Assembly (NCBI GenBank): GCA_963718995.1
Contig: CAVRAP010000020.1
Span: 36,912-100,911 of the forward strand
From: an uncultured Actinomycetota bacterium
Lineage (GTDB): Bacteria; Actinomycetota; Acidimicrobiia; Spongiisociales; UBA4744
Direction of reading: 5' to 3'
Length of the DNA stretch: 64,000 nt
In this document: positions 61,837 to 64,000 of the stretch, one piece after another
Position numbering within the stretch: the stretch's first letter is position 1
Layout of the letters: each line of letters opens with the position of its first letter
The notes under the pieces: generated by a model
What the model was told of the DNA's origin: nothing
Seen by the model: only the letters and a program-made list of their open reading frames with translations
Databases searched by the model: none
Translations under genes and position numbers: made by a program

Positions 61837-62391
61837 TTATCCCAGAAACCGGGCGGCGGGTTGATGATCCATCGATGGCGCATGGTGGGTGGCTCCCTGC
61901 CACCAGCGCCGTTCGATGATGCGCTCCCCGTAGAGAGTCACCCCGATGGTCTCACCCGGTACGAACCCGTTGGCTTCGTAGAAGCTCTCAGCTGCCTGAC
62001 TGCCGAGGACGACGTCGGCGATGATCGGCAGGGGAGGGGCGAGCGATCGAATCCAGTTGAGGAGCAGTCTGCCGGCTCCGCGCCGGCGATAGTCCGGATC
62101 TGTGCAGAGAGCGCTAACCACGATCTGATCGTCCTCGATGAAGGCGTCGGCAAATGCCGCGACCACGTCATCGTCGATGGCGAGGTAGATGGGGTGGTCT
62201 TCCCAGCGTTGCCGCAGGGCCGCCGGGGAATAGGCCGCGGCCAACCATTGGGCGACCGTTTCGGTTCGGAGGAGTCCGGCGTAGGCCGCTTGCCACGATC
62301 CTGCGGCGATCGCGGCCACCTCGACGAGATCAGAAGGCTCAGCCCTGCGGATGATCACCCATCCCAAGCTAGTCCCGGTCGAGCGAGCCAT
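61837..62391 (-). CDS. GNAT family N-acetyltransferase
   Basis: ...RRRGAGRLLLNWI... acetyl-CoA site. Start taken at ATG 62391; alternative ATG 62448 (shares CATG with yajQ) or the ORF-track start 62481. Confidence 0.7.
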   Translation of the reverse strand: MARSTGTSLGWVIIRRAEPSDLVEVAAIAAGSWQAAYAGLLRTETVAQWLAAAYSPAALRQRWEDHPIYLAIDDDVVAAFADAFIEDDQIVVSALCTDPDYRRRGAGRLLLNWIRSLAPPLPIIADVVLGSQAAESFYEANGFVPGETIGVTLYGERIIERRWWQGATHHAPSMDHQPAARFLG

Positions 62392-62446
62392 GTGCACGTC
62401 GCCGGCAGGTTCTGCAACCGGCCCAAGATGCACTAACGTCGTGGGC

Positions 62447-62932
62447 ATGCCCAGCTTTGACGTGGTTTCAGAAGTCGACACCCAGGAAGTACGGAACGCC
62501 GTCGATCAGGCCGCCCGCGAGACAAGAACGCGCTACGACTTCAAAGGTACCGACACCGAGATTCGCCTCTCTGAGGACGGGATTGTGGTCGAGTCGTCGT
62601 CGGAGGCCCGACTCGAAGCTGCAGTCGTCGTCCTGAAGGAGAAACTGGTCCGGCGCCAGGTTTCGATGAAGTCCCTGTCTGGAGGCGAGCCAAAAGAAGT
62701 TGGCAGGGCCAGGTTCCGGGCGGAGTTTTCGCTCAACCAGGGGATCGATCAGGACTCTGCCAAGGAACTCGCCAAGCAGGTGCGGGATCTCAAGATGAAG
62801 GTGCAAGCGCAAGTGCATGGCGACCGGGTGCGGATCACCGGCAAGAAGCGAGACGATCTGCAAGAAGTCATAGCGGTTTTCAAGGAACTCGACTACAAGT
62901 TGCCACTCCAATTCATCAACTTCCGGGATTAG
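62447..62932 (+). CDS. yajQ: YajQ family nucleotide-binding protein (UPF0234/DUF520)
   Basis: MPSFDVVSEVDTQEVRNAVDQAARE...RYDFKGT... conserved N-terminus. Confidence 0.85.
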   Translation: MPSFDVVSEVDTQEVRNAVDQAARETRTRYDFKGTDTEIRLSEDGIVVESSSEARLEAAVVVLKEKLVRRQVSMKSLSGGEPKEVGRARFRAEFSLNQGIDQDSAKELAKQVRDLKMKVQAQVHGDRVRITGKKRDDLQEVIAVFKELDYKLPLQFINFRD

Positions 62933-62969
62933 GAGAAGGTGGGGCCCGTTCGATGGCACCTGTCCACCC

Positions 62970-63617
62970 ATGCCCGTAACGGAGATCATCGGGTACCTGG
63001 CGTCGGCGGTCATCGTCACCTCGTTGACGATGACCTCGGTGTTGAAGCTGCGCATCATCGGATTGGTCGGCGCGACCAGCTTCGGCCTGTACGGGGTGTT
63101 GATCGGAGCGGTCCCGGTGATCATCACGAACGTGGTCATCATGGGGGTTCACGCCTTCTACCTCCGTGAGATGCTCGGCGTCAAGGAGTACTTCACGCTG
63201 CTGGAAGTCCAGGCCGGATCGGCCTATCTCCGCTACTTCATCGAGTTCCATGGTGATGAGATTCGACGTCGTCTACCCGGCTTCACACTCCGGGACTCAC
63301 CGACCCATCTGCGGGTTTTCATCCTGCGCGATGCCGTGCCGGCCGGGTTGCTGATCGCCGATTGCCGACCGGACGGGTCGATGCTCATCGATCTGGACTT
63401 CGTCGTTCCCGAGTATCGAGACTTCAAGATCGCTCGATATCTCTTCACGCCAGGTTCGGGCGCCTTGGCCGGACGTGAGATTTCCCGGGTGTTCAGTCCG
63501 CCCGGTACGGAGGCAAACCAGCGCTACCTGCGCCGCATGGGGTTTGTAGAGACCCGGTCGTCGGAGCATCCGGACCATTTCGAACTCACCGTGGCCGCCG
63601 ATAAGGCGCGCCCGTAA
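62970..63617 (+). CDS. Hypothetical membrane protein (N-terminal 3 TM helices plus cytoplasmic domain)
   Basis: Hydrophobic N-terminus IIGYLASAVIVTSLTMTSVLKLRIIGLVGATSFGLYGVLIGAVPVIITNVVIMGV (YgjV-like), then a soluble domain. Confidence 0.5.
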   Translation: MPVTEIIGYLASAVIVTSLTMTSVLKLRIIGLVGATSFGLYGVLIGAVPVIITNVVIMGVHAFYLREMLGVKEYFTLLEVQAGSAYLRYFIEFHGDEIRRRLPGFTLRDSPTHLRVFILRDAVPAGLLIADCRPDGSMLIDLDFVVPEYRDFKIARYLFTPGSGALAGREISRVFSPPGTEANQRYLRRMGFVETRSSEHPDHFELTVAADKARP

Positions 63618-63640
63618 GCCGCCCGTGGCAAGATGAGTCC

Positions 63641-64000
63641 ATGAGCGAGAATCTGACCGGCAGGCTGCTGGTTGCTGCTCCGCACATGTTCGACCCGAAC
63701 TTCACCCGCGGGGTCGTCCTCGTTTGTGATGACAACGAGCAAGGGGCTTTGGGCCTGATCGTCAATCGACCGACCGACTCGGAAGTCTTCGACTACCTAC
63801 CGGACTGGGCGTTCCTGGTGGCGGAACCGGCGGTCGTCTTCGAAGGGGGTCCTGTCGAGCGGGAGGTGGCGATTGGCCTTGCGACGTGTACCGATGGTCA
63901 CCCACCGAACGGGTACACCAGGATCATCGAAGGCCTCGGCCTGCTGGATCTCGGGTCGGACCCGGCCGCAGCAACCGGCATCGAACTCCTGCGAATCTTC
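63641..64000 (+). CDS. YqgE/AlgH family protein (UPF0301), 3'-truncated by window end
   Basis: MSENLTGRLLVAAPHMFDPNFTRGVVLVCDDNEQGALGLIVNRP... family N-terminus. ORF continues past 64000. Confidence 0.7.
   Translation, partial: MSENLTGRLLVAAPHMFDPNFTRGVVLVCDDNEQGALGLIVNRPTDSEVFDYLPDWAFLVAEPAVVFEGGPVEREVAIGLATCTDGHPPNGYTRIIEGLGLLDLGSDPAAATGIELLRIF

Overview
The window is a high-GC (about 65-70%) actinobacterial chromosome segment, almost entirely core genes on the + strand. Gene order closely parallels the mycobacterial Pup-proteasome and downstream loci: arc-dop-pup-prcB-prcA, then pafA-pafB-pafC-tatA-tatC-helY. Next comes a mixed block (DAG-kinase-like, DUF4193, ppm1, GNAT, NUDIX, M20 peptidase, DUF1015, HAD, rhomboid), then tlyA-nadK-recN-pyrG-NUDIX-ald-xerD. 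After that come DksA-like, site-2 protease, HD, scpA-scpB-rluB, an aroA/cmk fused ORF, ispH (- strand), der and an acyl-CoA carboxyltransferase. A tRNA-Pro(GGG) follows, with a roughly 3.6 kb accessory insertion next to it: an IS110-family transposase, a DoxX-like membrane protein and a VapBC toxin-antitoxin pair. That insertion is bounded by a degenerate direct copy of the tRNA anticodon-loop/3' half. Beyond it lie an orphan histidine kinase, an Opp/Dpp-type ABC transporter operon (substrate-binding protein, two permeases, two ATPases), pgsA, gcvH, a GarA-like FHA protein, MerR-like regulators, a D-Ala-D-Ala carboxypeptidase, hpt, a DUF151 nuclease, a K+ channel, gcvT-gcvPA-gcvPB, an alpha/beta hydrolase, add (- strand), GNAT (- strand), yajQ and yqgE. 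The most pervasive feature is that at least 18 conserved genes are interrupted by single-nucleotide indels, mostly +1 insertions. The coding signal continues cleanly in the shifted frame each time, which points to sequencing or assembly error (or recent decay) rather than regulated frameshifting. I found no CRISPR array and no recognisable defence island.
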